DNA of 64,000 nucleotides from Felis catus (GCF_018350175.1 NC_058368.1:180298001-180362000), one strand, 5' to 3'. Numbered from the stretch's first letter, positions 14,867 to 28,129 are shown. Notes: a model not told the origin generated them from the letters alone. A program made the numbers and translations.

Positions 14867-15330
14867 GGGGTGCTTGGGGGGCTCAGTTGGTTAAGTGTCT
14901 GACTCTTGATCTCAGCTCAGGTCATGACCTCACAGTTTGAGTTTAAGTCCCACATCGGGCTCTGCACTGACAGCACAGAGCTTGCTTGGGATTCTGTCTC
15001 CCTCACTCTCTGCCTTTCCTCTGCCTGTGCGCATGCACGCACACTCTCTCAAAAATAAACATTAAGAAAAAGGCAGGGTAATGTGAGTAATGTGGTTGAA
15101 TTCAACTTTAAAAAAAAAAAATTTTTTTTAATGTTTATTTATTTTTGAGACAGAGTGAGACAGACCATGGGTGGGGGAGGGCCAGAGACAGGGGGACACA
15201 GAATCTGAAGCAGGCTCCAGGCTCTGAGCTGTCAGCACAGAGCCTGACGCAGGGCTCAAACCATGAACTGTGAGAACGTGACCTGAGCCGAAGTCGGACG
15301 CCCAACCGACTGAGCCACCCAGGTGCTCCA
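14867..15330. mobile_element. Tail-to-tail pair of Can-SINEs: 14867-15070 (+) and 15110-15330 (-)
   Basis: Two SINE bodies in opposite orientation about 40 bp apart. Confidence 0.88.
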
Positions 15331-15427
15331 AGAATTCAATTTTTAACATACACTGATTCAAAAAGCAAAAATGGTGTGTTAAGGGGCAGGGAGTTTACTT
15401 TTAACCCCACGGTAGCTTCAAATACTA

Positions 15428-15649
<222 letters not shown>

Positions 15650-16084
15650 TCATTTGAAAATGAAAACCATGCTTAAATTAGACAAACTATATTCCATTAG
15701 GAACCACTAACATTGAAGTGCCAGTACATCACATTTAGCAGCATCTTGTTTCCTCAGTTGTCTCAACTGGTCTGCAAGCTCCAGGGGAGGCTGCACATAG
15801 CAGGCCTCTAGGATTTGGTAAATGAAGTCCCTACTGATGGATTATGATCCGTTGTGTAATTAGCTGAGACACAGACAGGTGAGCCAACTGCTGATCATTA
15901 AAATTTTATGAAAATTTAATTTCTCAACCAATTATCTTAGTGTAATTTAGATCAGTGGTTCTCAAATGTCAGTGGACAAAATTCTTCAAAATATGTCAAT
16001 CCAACCATTTTACATCCCTCACTGTTTTTCACTAATCTCAAATCACCAGATAATCTCATAAATGGATTATAAAAATAGTCTTCT

Positions 16085-17080
16085 GGGGCGCCTGGGTGGC
16101 TCAGTTGGTTAAGCGTCTGACTTTGGTTCAGGTCATGATCTCGCGGTTTGTGAGTTCAAGCCCTGCACCAGGCTCTGTGGTGACAGCTCAGAGCCTGGAG
16201 CATGTTCCCGATTCTGTCTCCCTTTCTCTCTGCCCCTCCCCCACTCACTCTGTCTCTCTCAAAAACAAACAACCATTATTAAAAACAATTTTTTTAGGGG
16301 CGCCTGGGTGGCGCAGTCGGTTAAGCGTCCGACTTCAGCCAGGTCACGATCTCGCGGTCCGTGAGTTCGAGCCCCGCGTCGGGCTCTGGGCTGATGGCTC
16401 AGAGCCTGGAGCCTGTTTCCGATTCTGTGTCTCCCTCTCTCTCTGCCCCTCCCCCGTTCATGCTCTGTCTCTCTCTGTCCCAAAAATAAATAAACGTTGA
16501 AAAAAAAAAAAAAAAATTTTTTTAAAATAGTTTTCTAACCTACATTTCTGCCTTCTTTGCCTAGCTTCTTCACAGAAGTCAGACTAATCTTTATTTGGAT
16601 TACACTGCTCTCCTAATTATGACTCTCAAGAGCTTCCCATTATACTTAATAAAATCCTAATTTCTTACCATGGCCCACAGGCCCAGGATCTCTTTCTTGC
16701 CTACTTCTCCCCCTACTAGACTATAACCCCTTGGATACAGGAGGTACTCAAGAAGATCTGTGGAATGAATGGGGAGCTTTTTCCTTGGTTCCACTCCCAG
16801 AGTCTAAAAGTTATCAGTTCAGAGGGTCCAAAGACACAATTTAAAAAGCCCACTGGGTGATTAGAAGCAGAACTGGGGCGCCTGGGTGGTTCAGTTGGTT
16901 AAGCATCCAACTCTTGATACTGGCTCAGGTCACGATCTCACAGTTCGTGGGAATAAGCCCTGTATTGGGCTCTATGCTAAAAACATGGAGTCTGTTTGGG
17001 ATTCTCTCTCTGCCCCTCCCCTCCTGGTTCTCTTTGTCTCAAAATAAATTTAAAAAAAAAAAAAAGAAAAGAAAAAAAAA
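16085..17080 (+). mobile_element. Three Can-SINEs in RARS1 intron 6: 16085-16275, young copy 16297-16520, 16875-17080
   Basis: ggggcgcctgggtgg heads, (CT)n segments and A-tails. Confidence 0.9.
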
Positions 17081-17112
17081 AGAATCATACTTATAAATCA
17101 GTCATTTAGTCA

Positions 17113-17289
<177 letters not shown>

Positions 17290-17819
17290 TTAGACAATAA
17301 TATTGTACTATTATTATGTAATGTGATAAATACAGATACAAAGGCAATTGCGTTAAAATACATGTGTATCAAAGTAATACCTCATACATCTTAAATTTTC
17401 ACATCATGACAAATACTTCAATTAAAAATTTTAAAGGGGTACAAGACATTTTATTCTAACATTTATTAATAACATTTAATTGTAAACTCAGACATAAATA
17501 GTAGCTTGGGTTGTAATTCAAGGGTGTTAAGTTCTGGTGAATCTACTTGTCCATTTTTAATTGAAAAGGAATAAAATTTATTTATATAAATAATCCATCC
17601 CTTATTTCAGCCAAACCTCAGCTGGCTACCCCAAATGCCTTGTGGAATAATGTGAAAAGAAAAACCACATAATAAACAAGACCCAGGAGAAAGGCTATTT
17701 CCATTATGTTCATAATATCAAATATTAATGATTAAATCTCAATAGAAAAAGTGGAAGCTGGTCACAGCACTTCACATTCACTTTAAGGTATTAACGTATC
17801 AACTGAAAACTATATATAC

Positions 17820-17920
17820 CTTTTTATTCTCTCCAAGGGGAGGTAGTTGAACCCCATTCACCAGGAGATTGGTTAACTGTTGTGATACATAGTCCTTCCT
17901 TAAGTGGACATTAATAAAAC
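17820..17920 (-). CDS. RARS1: Arginyl-tRNA synthetase exon 5 (101 nt; [33 protein letters not shown])
   Basis: TAG acceptor, GTATAT donor. Confidence 0.95.
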
Positions 17921-18416
17921 CTAATGAACGGTAAGAGGAGAGAAAAAAAAAATCAGATCGTTTTCCTGTCTTGAATGATTGTTCACTCCCAAAGACTTTG
18001 TCAATTTCATTTATGCTGGCTCCAAAGTGCTGATCTGGCTCTGGCAAAACTCTTTTAAGAATTCCAACACCACCTGAGGCCCTCTTGGAAGCTCCCTGTT
18101 TCAGTATCTATTTCAAACATTACCACTCTCCTGAAAGCTTCCTACTTACTCCTGGGCCCCTTTATTCTCAGTACATGATTTGTTCATCTATTAACAGAAA
18201 ATTGAGGGCCCTTTCGTCCCAGACTTATCTGCCATTATCCATCTCCTTTTTGCTAATGAAACACTAAGTCACAGGGAGGTAAAATAACTCATCCAAGATC
18301 CAGCAGCTAAGTCGAGACTAAAACATCAGTTTCCTAACTCTCAGTCCAAGGTGTTCTTACCACTTTGTTAGGTATACAGGTTTTAACCCTATACTTATAT
18401 TTAAAATGGTTCTTTA

Positions 18417-18581
<165 letters not shown>

Positions 18582-19523
18582 CTATAACACAATATAAAAT
18601 GATTCATTACACAAGTTCCAGAAATTTACTCAGAAATACACAACTGATAAAGCATGAGATGCATGACATTAAGACCCATCAAAAGGCAGAAGCAAAGAAG
18701 TCCAATGACTTGTATATAATCTTGAACACAGACAGATTAAAGCATCAAGCCATCAACAGTGCCAAGAGGAATACAAAAGTGCCCAAACCACATGATCTCC
18801 ATTTCAAAATGAGCTGCCACAGACATCTAGAACTCTTTTATGAAGACATAACAAAGTCTTTAGTTATGATGCCTGTTTCCAGGATATTTACATTTTGAAT
18901 TTTCAAATCAGGAAAGTGTGCAATAATCAAACCTGGAAAATAAAATAGTACCCTTATAAACTTAACCCCAATGTAGACGTATAAAAATTACTTAGAAAAA
19001 AAAATCTGGATTTTAAAAACCCTTCCTACTTAACAAAGAAAGGAAAACAAAAAGTCTCAAACCAGGGGCAATTAACCACAAATACATCAGACAATGCAGC
19101 TATTAAAAATAGGGAATTCCTCTAACTGAAAATGAAATATGTAAGCCCATCTCAAAGACACCAGAGCTGCATCAAATTATTTGATGGGAACACTGGTTGG
19201 TGAATGTAACTTTTAATCCTTCACCTTTCAACACTCATTAGTAACACACAGCAATCCTGGACACAACAGGAAGGAAGTACCAATGCAAGAGTATCAACTA
19301 CTAGCCTTAAATATTGAAAATACACATAAAATTTAACTGAATATTCAAATTTGTGGTTTTAAAATTAAAAACATACTTCCCCTATTCTCAAGTTTTTCTG
19401 AACTGTGGAAAATGTTCTTTTCACTGAGAATATAATTTGCTATTATTTATGTAAATAATAATGATGCCAATTAATGCTTAAGAAAATAAAATCACCAAGA
19501 ATGCTTTGTAATAACACAATCAC

Positions 19524-19712
19524 CTGTGAGATACCCATGGCACTATTACACTGATAGTCCCCAAACTTGGGCTGTTGACTTGGTGTCACTATCAGAGGAG
19601 GATTTTCCAGATCTGGATATGCAGCCTTAATGGCGCAACCAAAGACCTCTTGCAGTCGGCTATTGATGTTAATCATATTTTTAGTTGGTCTGGTTCTTTC
19701 TGCTTGAAGACT
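19524..19712 (-). CDS. RARS1: Arginyl-tRNA synthetase exon 3 (189 nt; [63 protein letters not shown])
   Basis: CAG acceptor, GTGATT donor. FGDYQCN motif; contains Met73. Confidence 0.97.
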
Positions 19713-21143
19713 CTGTAAGAAAAGAATGAAAATATCAAACCATCATACAAAATGTTCCCAAATATTTTGAGAAACCTTCAGATGTCCTGAGAAGGTAACA
19801 GACACTTTGCAATGTTCTCACATCTGGGACATGCTGAAAAACGTTAATAGGACAACCAAGCAGTGTTTCTAAGTCAGAGCATGTGACCAAAGTGACCCAG
19901 GGAAAGAAGGTAAGGTGCATGGGTGTCCACACAGTACTTTATTCATCTATGGCTTGTTCTTTTCTTTTCTTTGTGTACCTTGTGTTCAGTTGCCATTACT
20001 TAGTAGGGTAAAGTATTTGTGAAAGAACTAATGTGCCCTTCCTCCCATTACACTGACAGCATTCTATTATTTACACATTAGAGTTAATGTGCATGATGGA
20101 AATGTGTATTAGAGTACACTGTACTTGGGGCACCTGGCTTGCTCAGTTGGTGGCATGTGACTCTTGATCTCCAGGTTGTAAGTTTGAACTCCATGTTGGG
20201 TGTAGAGATTAAAAATAAAATCTAAAAAAAAAAAAAAAAAAAAAAAAAAGGAATAGACTGTACTTCTTTTGTATGTTTTTCCTCATATCTTCTGCCACAT
20301 ATTAGACATTTAATACTTTTGAATTGAAATGAATACAGAAATGAGTACACATCAGAATGAATGAGGTAATTAGAAAGGTGAAGTATATGGGGGAAAGACT
20401 CCGTGGAAAAGAAACATGATCTTAGAAGACTCCAAGCAAAGTGATTTCAAGCAGAATAGATCACAAGCCGGTGATAAAAACACTTCATAGGAGTCAGGTG
20501 GGCAGAGTCTAAGATAAATGAAAAGAATCTAATGCCAGTGTAGTCTGGCTGGAATAGTATACACACACAGGAGAACAATTATAGTGGTGAGATCATCCTT
20601 CAGGACGTGTCATCAGCAGACCTGAGAGTCAGGCCAAGAAATTTAAACCTCAACTAAAGCAAGCTCAGTTTTTTGACAAAACTGATAAACACTACTAGAT
20701 CAGTGGAAAGAAACCAAATATGGCACTGTAAAATATAAAAATAAAATTGTAAAACAACCAACTTAGGGCAGAGAAGGACTATGGATATATTCTATGTTTT
20801 CCTTTGATAGAGAATTATTTAAAAAGATGATTTTTTTAAAAAGGCAACAGCATAAATTGTTTAAAAAATGTCTCAACTCTACTCAAAGTCTATGTCAAGC
20901 TGGCCAAATATTTAGGATGAAACACTTCAGAGGGCCCTGGAAGGACAAGGTTACACCAACTTCTCCATTACTTGCACCAACAACTTAGTCCTAACTGGTC
21001 TAATGCAGGGAAAAAGACAGGATTTCTTTCCTCACATCTCCAAATTCCTCATGGCATACTTTCTGAATCTTTGATAAGTTTTTTTTTTTTTTAAAGGTAT
21101 AATAACTCAAACTGCAGAATGAAAAACAACCCAGAATACTTAC

Positions 21144-21278
21144 CCTTCGAAGGATATTTAGTCGATACTTTAATTTTAAATTTTCTTCTCGCAACTGTTC
21201 CAAATTTGGAGAAACTTCTAAACCGCCGCAGTTTTTTAACCGATCAATTTCAGCAGTCAGAGACTTAATCTCTTTTTC
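21144..21278 (-). CDS. RARS1: Arginyl-tRNA synthetase exon 2 (135 nt; [45 protein letters not shown]), N-terminal leucine-zipper extension
   Basis: TAG acceptor, GTAAGT donor, heptad leucines. Confidence 0.96.
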
Positions 21279-21992
21279 CTATGAAGGAAAAGGCAGTTCA
21301 TTCAGTCCAGTATGATTGATGACATCCATAATGTGATGGACTGTCCCTAAACTTATTTCTTTTCCTCTCTTCAGCAGGGCATGGTAGAGGTGATGGGAAT
21401 GAAGGGCCTTCCCTTTGATAAGTTGTGATTTTTCCTCCTTGATGCTTTTGATTACATTAGCACATTATCCTGTATACGAAAGAATCAAGTGTGTATGTTG
21501 GAGAAGAGGAACAGGAAGGAGTGTTAAGCATATAATGGGATAAGTCTTACATCCTGTCTGTGTCTTTGGTCTTAATAAACCACTCTGATTTAGTGACAGT
21601 ACCAGTTAAGTTCAAGGGTGGCCAAATTGACTTTATTCCCAAATCTTAGGACTTTAGGGCTCCTTTAAAAAGAAACTTTTTGTCACATTTAAAATAGCTC
21701 CAGTGTCTGCATTTTGTCCTTTCTTAGACAAAGTAACTTCCTAGTTTTTCCCTTAATTTCCCTTGTCTTATGTCCTAGACCAGGCTTTTTACTCTAATAC
21801 CTAAACCTAAAAACATGCAAATTCAGAAAGAAATAAATAAAGCTTCCAACCTAACAGAATTACTAAGGAGGAGATTCCTTACCTGAAATTTGATAATGTT
21901 TACCAGAAGATAACTACAGCAAAACAAGTTGCCATAATGAGCATATACTATGTTTCATGCACTGAGCTAAACATTTTTCAGAAACTATCTCT

Positions 21993-22345
21993 GGGGCACC
22001 TGGGTGGCTCAGTTGGTTAAGCATCTGACTCTTGACTCTGGCTGAGGTCCTCATCCCAGGTTTGTGGGATGGAGCTCTGCGCAGGGCGCTGCACTGGGCC
22101 TGCTGAAGATTCTCTCCAGGTGCCTGGGTAGCTCAGTTGGTTGAGTGTGAGACTCTGGCTCAGGTTATGATCTCACGGTTCATGAGTTCAAGCCTCACAT
22201 TGGGCTCTTTGCTGATATGGTAGCTCAGAGCCTGCTTCAGATTCTGTCTCCCTCTCTTTGCCCTTCCCCCACTTTCTCCCACTCTCTCAAAAATAAACAT
22301 CAAAAAAAAATTCTCTCTGCCCCACTCGCACTCTCTAAAACAAAC
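21993..22345 (+). mobile_element. Nested or tandem Can-SINEs in RARS1 intron 1
   Basis: A second SINE head (ggtgcctgggtagctcag, ~22119) lies inside the first SINE. Confidence 0.8.
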
Positions 22346-23161
22346 AAATCATCTGCATAATTCTTTATAACAACCCAAAGGTAAGGTACTTATACCCCCA
22401 CATTGACAAAGAATACATGGCTCAGAACCAGAAAGAACCTGACATTTTGCTCCACGAACTTGTATTCTGTGATCGCTGGTTTAGCATAAAACAGTTCCTG
22501 AGATTTGATGAAAGTACTTAAACCACTTTCTTACTACCCTTCCCTACCTGAGCATAAAAGGTTATGGAAATGTCTCACTTTCACTTTTATAAGCTGTGAC
22601 TGTTCTTCCCCCAGGAATACTGAAGGCTGAGACCAAATTAACCACTCTTTGGGCATTTTAGGAATCCTCTCGCTCAGTATCATAGAGAGAACGGCGGCTG
22701 AGTTGCGAACCAGGATCAAGGGCTGCTGCTTTTATTCCACTTACCCCCTCTGCCTGCCCTCCCCCCACCCTGCATCCCGAGAGAGCACGTGTGTGTGCGG
22801 GAAAGGAGGGGCACAGTGGGAAAGTAGGAGCACTTGTACTGAACACGCTAAGCTCCAGCGCACCAAAGACGCTGGTTTGGGGGGCTCTAGGAGAGGGCAA
22901 GGACCTCTACACCGGGGGTGCTGGTTCGGGAGGCCACTGTCATAAGGGCCTTGGAAGGATGGGTTCTTCCTCCCCCACGCCCGAGAAACATCTCTGGAAG
23001 GTGTTTGCTTCGGATCTAGCACAGGCCCGTATGTCCGGACACCCTTGCCCACGTCTGAGGGGACCAGAGTGGTTCCGCATCACCGAAGCTGTCCCGACGC
23101 TGTTCGGGCAGGAGCTAGTCCTTCCCCTCCAGGCCTTTCTACTAGTCCTATGTGGTCCTAC

Positions 23162-23206
23162 CTGCTGTAGCAGTCTCGCGGAGCACTGAGCCACCAAACC
23201 TTCCAT
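23162..23206 (-). CDS. RARS1: Arginyl-tRNA synthetase exon 1 coding part (45 nt; MEGLVAQCSARLLQQ)
   Basis: ATG in strong Kozak context (GGGAGGATGG), GTAGGA donor. Resembles the mammalian RARS1 N-terminus. Confidence 0.95.
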
Positions 23207-23236
23207 CCTCCCGTCAGCTACAATCACTCCAAGTGG

Positions 23237-23276
23237 CCGGAAGCGGAAACGAACAGTTCCTCCCGGAAGCGGAAAC
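23237..23276. promoter_or_regulatory. Duplicated tandem ETS/GABP-type sites at the probable TSS
   Basis: Exact 14-bp direct repeat CCGGAAGCGGAAAC at 23237-23250 and 23263-23276. Confidence 0.75.
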
Positions 23277-23311
23277 CCTCCTTCCCGCGCCACGCTTTGC
23301 TGTTGACTGTG

Positions 23312-23339
23312 TGCCGCCACCTCTGCTGCCACCTGGTGG
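23312..23339 (-). promoter_or_regulatory. CTCF-like motif(s) upstream of the RARS1 TSS
   Basis: Minus strand reads CCACCAGGTGGCAGC (close to the CTCF core), overlapping CAGCAGAGGTGGCGGC. Confidence 0.55.
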
Positions 23340-23698
23340 GATGCAGGCGACACTCCGGGAACAACAAGTGGAGAAATGCTGGCTGTTGCCTTTGGATTCC
23401 TATGTTGGTGCAGGGGCAGAGAAATTGAGAGGAACTGGGCAAGAGCTGCTCTGTGCTTCGATTGATTTAGACAAAGACACGTTCCTCTGTCTGTCAAGGG
23501 CATCAGTTTTCCCTTCTGTGAAATGGGAACATAATGAACACAATCCATTCATTTATTCAACAAGTATTTATTTTGCACTTTAACGTGGGGGACACTATTC
23601 CAGGCACTAGAACACAAGCTGGAAATAAGACAAGGTCCTCAAGAGATATGCTAGACAAAAAAGTAAACTCCCGCAGATAGTTTTAATTGGCAGGAAAG

Positions 23699-24124
23699 TG
23701 TTAAAAGACAAAATTCAAGAAAGTCTGAAGATATAATTGACTTTATTAAGTGATGCATGAATGAGACAGGTCCTATCTAAAATGAAGGAGAGATCCAAAG
23801 GGCTACAGAAAAAGAAAAGTTTTTAAAGATAGGACAAAGAAATCATAAACAGGAAAAATGATTATTTGGGGTGAGGTCACCTTCCTTTGGAGATGAAAGG
23901 GTCTTAGTAGGTGGGTTACATCATCTGCCTTTGGGAGATGGAGAGGACCCATGTGACAGATTGATTATCTTATTGGTTCTGACCAGAACATTTCTAAGCA
24001 GTTAAGAATATATTTCTGCTAGAAGTTAAATGTGCATTTAGGTTAGGTATTTAGCTCCGGTTTGGCGATTTGTCCTAAGTGACACCATTTGCGGCCTGTG
24101 GCTTTTTTTTTTTTTTTTTAAACA
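23699..24124 (-). mobile_element. Solo ERV1-class LTR, same family as the 3' LTR at 33993-34705
   Basis: TGTTAA...AACA termini; AATAAA on the minus strand (ctttatt, ~23741); colinear similarity with the reverse complement of 33993-34705. Confidence 0.8.
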
Positions 24125-24891
24125 AAGATAATGTGATAGAGTTACTCAGGGCAGGAAAGACCTCTCATTTGAGTTAAAATTTTAAACAGCTAATCTGGAA
24201 CTTAAATGTTGAGAGGACAGGGACATGAATGGGAATGTTCATTCTTCCCTATGGCCCCAGTACTTAGAGCAGCGGTCTCTAAACTTTTTGCTTCTGTGTC
24301 TCATAAAAGGTGTTTAAAAATTCATTCTCCAATAAAGGTTAAAAAAATTTTTTTTATGTTTATTTATTTTTGAGAGAGAGACATAGTGTGAGCAGGAGAG
24401 GGGCAGAGAGAGAAGGAGACACAGAATCCAAAGCAGGCTTCAGGCACTGAGCTGTCAGCACAGAGCCTGACACGGGGCTCAAACTCACAAACTGTGAGAT
24501 CATGACCTGAGCCAAAGTTGGATGCTCAACTGACTGAGCCACCCAGGTTCCCCTCCAATAAAGATTTTTAAAAGTTGACATCTGAAAACGCTTGTCACAA
24601 CTTTATTTTCTTTTTAAGATTTTATTTTTAAGGTAATCTCTGCACCCAACATAGGGTTCGAACTCACAACCCCAAGATCAAGAGTCACATGCCTTACCAA
24701 CTGAACCATCCAGGTGCTCCTGTCACAACTTTCAATAGCGGTAATGGTGTATTTTCTGGCATGATGTTTCCTGTATAAGTGTTCTCAATGTATTGTCATC
24801 AAACCTGTAGAGCTGCATATTTAGCCCGTCCAGAATGTTACCATATTAAGTGGCAAAGCCAGTCCTCTGTCAAATCAAATAATTCAAATCA

Positions 24892-25406
24892 TATCAGGTG
24901 AAGTTCTGGGGCGATGGGGGGTTTGTGGGGTCTGGAGCCAATGGCCAAGAAATAATTCTTGAAGACGTCTTTGGTGCATAAAGGATTTTATTAAACCTCA
25001 GGGACAGAATCCGCGGGCAGAAAGAACTGCACTGGGGTTGTGGGGGTTGAGCATTTTATGGAGTCAGGGGAGACAAAGTTGAGAGGGGAGATAAAGTCAA
25101 GAGGGAGTTTCCAAAGAGATTTTCACATGCCCAAGACTTACTGGAAGCCTAGGCTATTGTCAAGCTATGGTTGTTTTTTTCCCTCTAGCAAGGCATTAAC
25201 ATCGAGACAGTAGGGAATTCCTGGACTGGAGGCTGTTGATGGGATTGCCTTTTTCTGGTAAACTGGTGGAGACTTATCAGTTTAACCATTTGTTTTTTGT
25301 CCTTTCTTGTTTTGGGGTAGCCAAAGTGTTCAGGGAGTATCACACATGTCCCACCTGGGAGAGGGGGGGTGTGCTAGCTTGTGTTTTGCCCTCAGCCTGC
25401 CTCACA
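24892..25406 (-). mobile_element. Solo carnivore-type LTR
   Basis: Ends in ...CTCACA; 4-bp TSD ATCA (24888-24891 and 25407-25410); minus-strand AATAAA at ~24987. Confidence 0.7.
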
Positions 25407-26531
25407 ATCATCACATCACAATCATCAATATTTACTTAATGTTTTTAACTTATAAGTTTACCTTTACTTTTATTTTTTAAAAGAATTTTTAAATGTTTAT
25501 TTATTTTTGAGAGAGAGAGAGAGAGAAAGAGCATGGGGGCAGAGAGAGAGGGAGACAGGATCGGAAGCAGGCTTTGTGCTGTCAGTGCAGAACCCAATGT
25601 GGGACTCGAATCCACAGAATGTAGATCATGACCTGAGCTGAAGTTGGATGCTCAACCGACTGAGCCACCCAGCCACCCCTATTTTCTTTTAAACAAAATA
25701 AAAGTGAATACGTGTTCTCATGACATCTTGTTTCTAAATTCTAAGAGGGAAAGATGAACTCATGGAGGAATGAGTTGGTGGATTGACAAATGGATGAACA
25801 GATCTCCACCTTCAATATAAAGCAGAAAGTAAGGGCTATCTTTTAATGGAGCATCTTTTGCTTGGTGCTTAAGGTTTTGCCTTCAGGAGAAATACATTCT
25901 GGAAGTGTGCCCTGTTCAGCTCCTGTTATTTTCCACCAAGAGCAAAGGGAGAGGTGTTATGCCTTTTCTTGTGGACAGGAGAGTATACAAAAAAAAGTTG
26001 GGTAACTGAATTTGTAGGTAAATCAGTTTTAGGAAAGATAATATGAAAACTCAAGATCTTTAGATGGATTTCCTTGATGTATACAGGTCCACAGGCCCCT
26101 TGGAATGTCTTCCTTGGAATGCACCTCAAGGTGCATATTGCCCATTTTGAAAGACCCTTCTTCTGGAGTGGTGCTTGTCACAGGGCATTGCCCAAAAACT
26201 GTTTCCTAATTGAATGAATAGGAAGGTTCAAAGCAGAGAGGTGTCCAATGCAAATGACCTGAGGTAGGAGCTAAATGTATCTGAAAACAGAAAAGAGAGG
26301 GATCGGGTGTGAGCCAAGTGGAGAAATTGGCAAAAGTGAAGCATATAGGAATTTCTAAATCAGAGCCAGCATTTTTAATTTTATTCTAAGCACAATGGAA
26401 GCCATTAGAGGGTTTGGATAAGTAGTGGAAGAGTATAAGTTTTTGTCTTCCAAAGGGGGTGTTATGGGCTGAATTGCATTCCCCCCAGTTCATGTCAAAA
26501 TCTTAACCCCTAATGCCTCAGAATGTGACTG

Positions 26532-27986
26532 TGTTATTGCGGCATCTCTCCGATGGGATAGGGCCCCTGAATGCGGGTGGGGACAGGTGATGCAGGAGGT
26601 GAGAGTTCACCAGAGGCAGAACAAAGATGATAGAAGTTTATCGAATATAACACAAGGGAGTAGTGGGCAGGACAGCAGAGGAGAGACGGTCTGCAATGAG
26701 GCAGTGGGTCAGTGGGGGGGGGGGGCTGTATTTAAAGGGAGAAGGTGAGAAAGTATGAGAATGTATGGGATTTTACCTTTGTGGTAACTGTACCTGGTTG
26801 TAAGTAACCCATTGGTCAGTTAAGGCCTATGGATATTTTGAGTTGGGTCCCCTAAAGGGCCTGTGTGTATTCAGCCTGGTGGTTGCTGTGGGCCTTTTTG
26901 CCTTGATCAAGTTTCCATTACTGAAGCCTGTTGTCTAAAAGCAGCCTCTCCAGTTACCTATCCATTGACCATAGCCACTAACTCAGGAAACAAAAGGGGG
27001 AACCCTTGGCCAACTACTCCGTCCTGGAGAATCCCATGGGGGCTGGACAAAAAAAAAAAAACACACACACACACACACAAAAAACACAGTTCAGCTCCTG
27101 GCTGGGTTTTCCAACACTGTTGCCTAACACAACTCAGAAAAACTCATTGCAAGAGAAGCCTGTAGCTCTGAAGATGAGGGTTTGGAAAAGAGAAAAGAAG
27201 AATTTGGGACACCTGGCTGGCTCAGTCGATAAAGCATGCAACTCTTGATCTCAGGGTTGTGAGTTCAAGCCCCACACTGGGTGTAGAGATTACTTTAAAA
27301 AAAAAAAAAGGAGAAATTTATTTTGGGTATTAGCAGCAGGGGGAGGTGGAAGGCTCAAGCCTTATCAACCAACCTCTTCACCTATAAGATGGACACCTAA
27401 AGTTTGATAGGAAGAGGTTTCAGGGATACGTGCAAGACAGCAGGTAGGGAGCACATGATCATGAGTGAGGGGCAGTATGTGTTCTGTGCCTGATTATGGG
27501 CAGGGAAGGGGATGGAATGTGATCCTCTAAGCATTCCATTACTATCAGGGCTTTTATGGCCTGGAATAATCTGGTCATTGGGAATTATGGCTGGAATAAT
27601 CTGGTCATTGTAAAACATCTTTGTCAATGCCTCAAGAAAGTGCTATAAGGGGATGCCTGCATGGCTCAGTCTGTTGTGTCCGACTCTTGATTTCGGCTCA
27701 GATATGATCTCTAGGTCATGAGATCCAGCCCCTCCTTGGGCGTGGGGGCTCCAAGCTGGGTGTGGAGCCTGCTTAAGATTCTCTCTCCCTCTCTTTCTCT
27801 CTCTTTCTCTTTCTCTCTCTCTCACCCTCTGCCCCTCCCCTGTTGACACATAGCTTGCACACACTCTCAAAAAAAATTGTAAGAAATAAGCACAATAGGT
27901 TTTAGTTAGAGCGTGAGTTAAGAGGTCTTGTCCATTTATGGTTTTAACTGTTGGGGTCTATAATTGAGCAAGAGGAATCACTGACA
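26532..27986 (-). mobile_element. LTR inserted in the MLT1 (contains the inner LTR and two SINEs); same family as 31829-32330
   Basis: TGTTA...TGACA termini; TSD ACTG at 26528-26531 and 27987-27990. Confidence 0.8.
26538..26952 (-). mobile_element. Inner, youngest solo LTR (415 bp)
   Basis: TG...CA termini; 5-bp TSD GTTAT/GTTAC (26533-26537 and 26953-26957); retains CpGs; TATA-like tttaaata on the minus strand. Confidence 0.78.
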
Positions 27987-28090
27987 ACTGTGTTTGGAGA
28001 GAGGGTCGGTAAAGAGGTAATAAAGTTAAAGTGAGGTCATGAGAGTGGGGCCTAATCCAATCTGATACATGTTCTTATAGAAGGAAATTA

Positions 28091-28129
<39 letters not shown>

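Larger units (their letters stand above)
22680..23360. promoter_or_regulatory. RARS1: CpG-island promoter of RARS1
   Basis: Abrupt rise in GC and CpG content around exon 1; no TATA box seen; ETS, E2F-like and CTCF-like motifs. Confidence 0.85.

Noticed and set aside
16096..16500. Recurrent ORFs such as MAQLVKRLT.../GAPGWRSRLSVRLQPGHDL... appearing many times in the track
   Set aside because: Translations of Can-SINE consensus, not a protein family. The SINE heads are tRNA-derived but are not tRNA genes.
22940..23548. 202-aa minus-strand ORF spanning RARS1 exon 1 (possible N-terminal extension), plus overlapping 132-143 aa plus-strand ORFs
   Set aside because: Stop-poor CpG-island sequence. 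The ORF starts upstream of the probable TSS and reads through the exon 1 donor; only MEGLVAQCSARLLQQ is supported.
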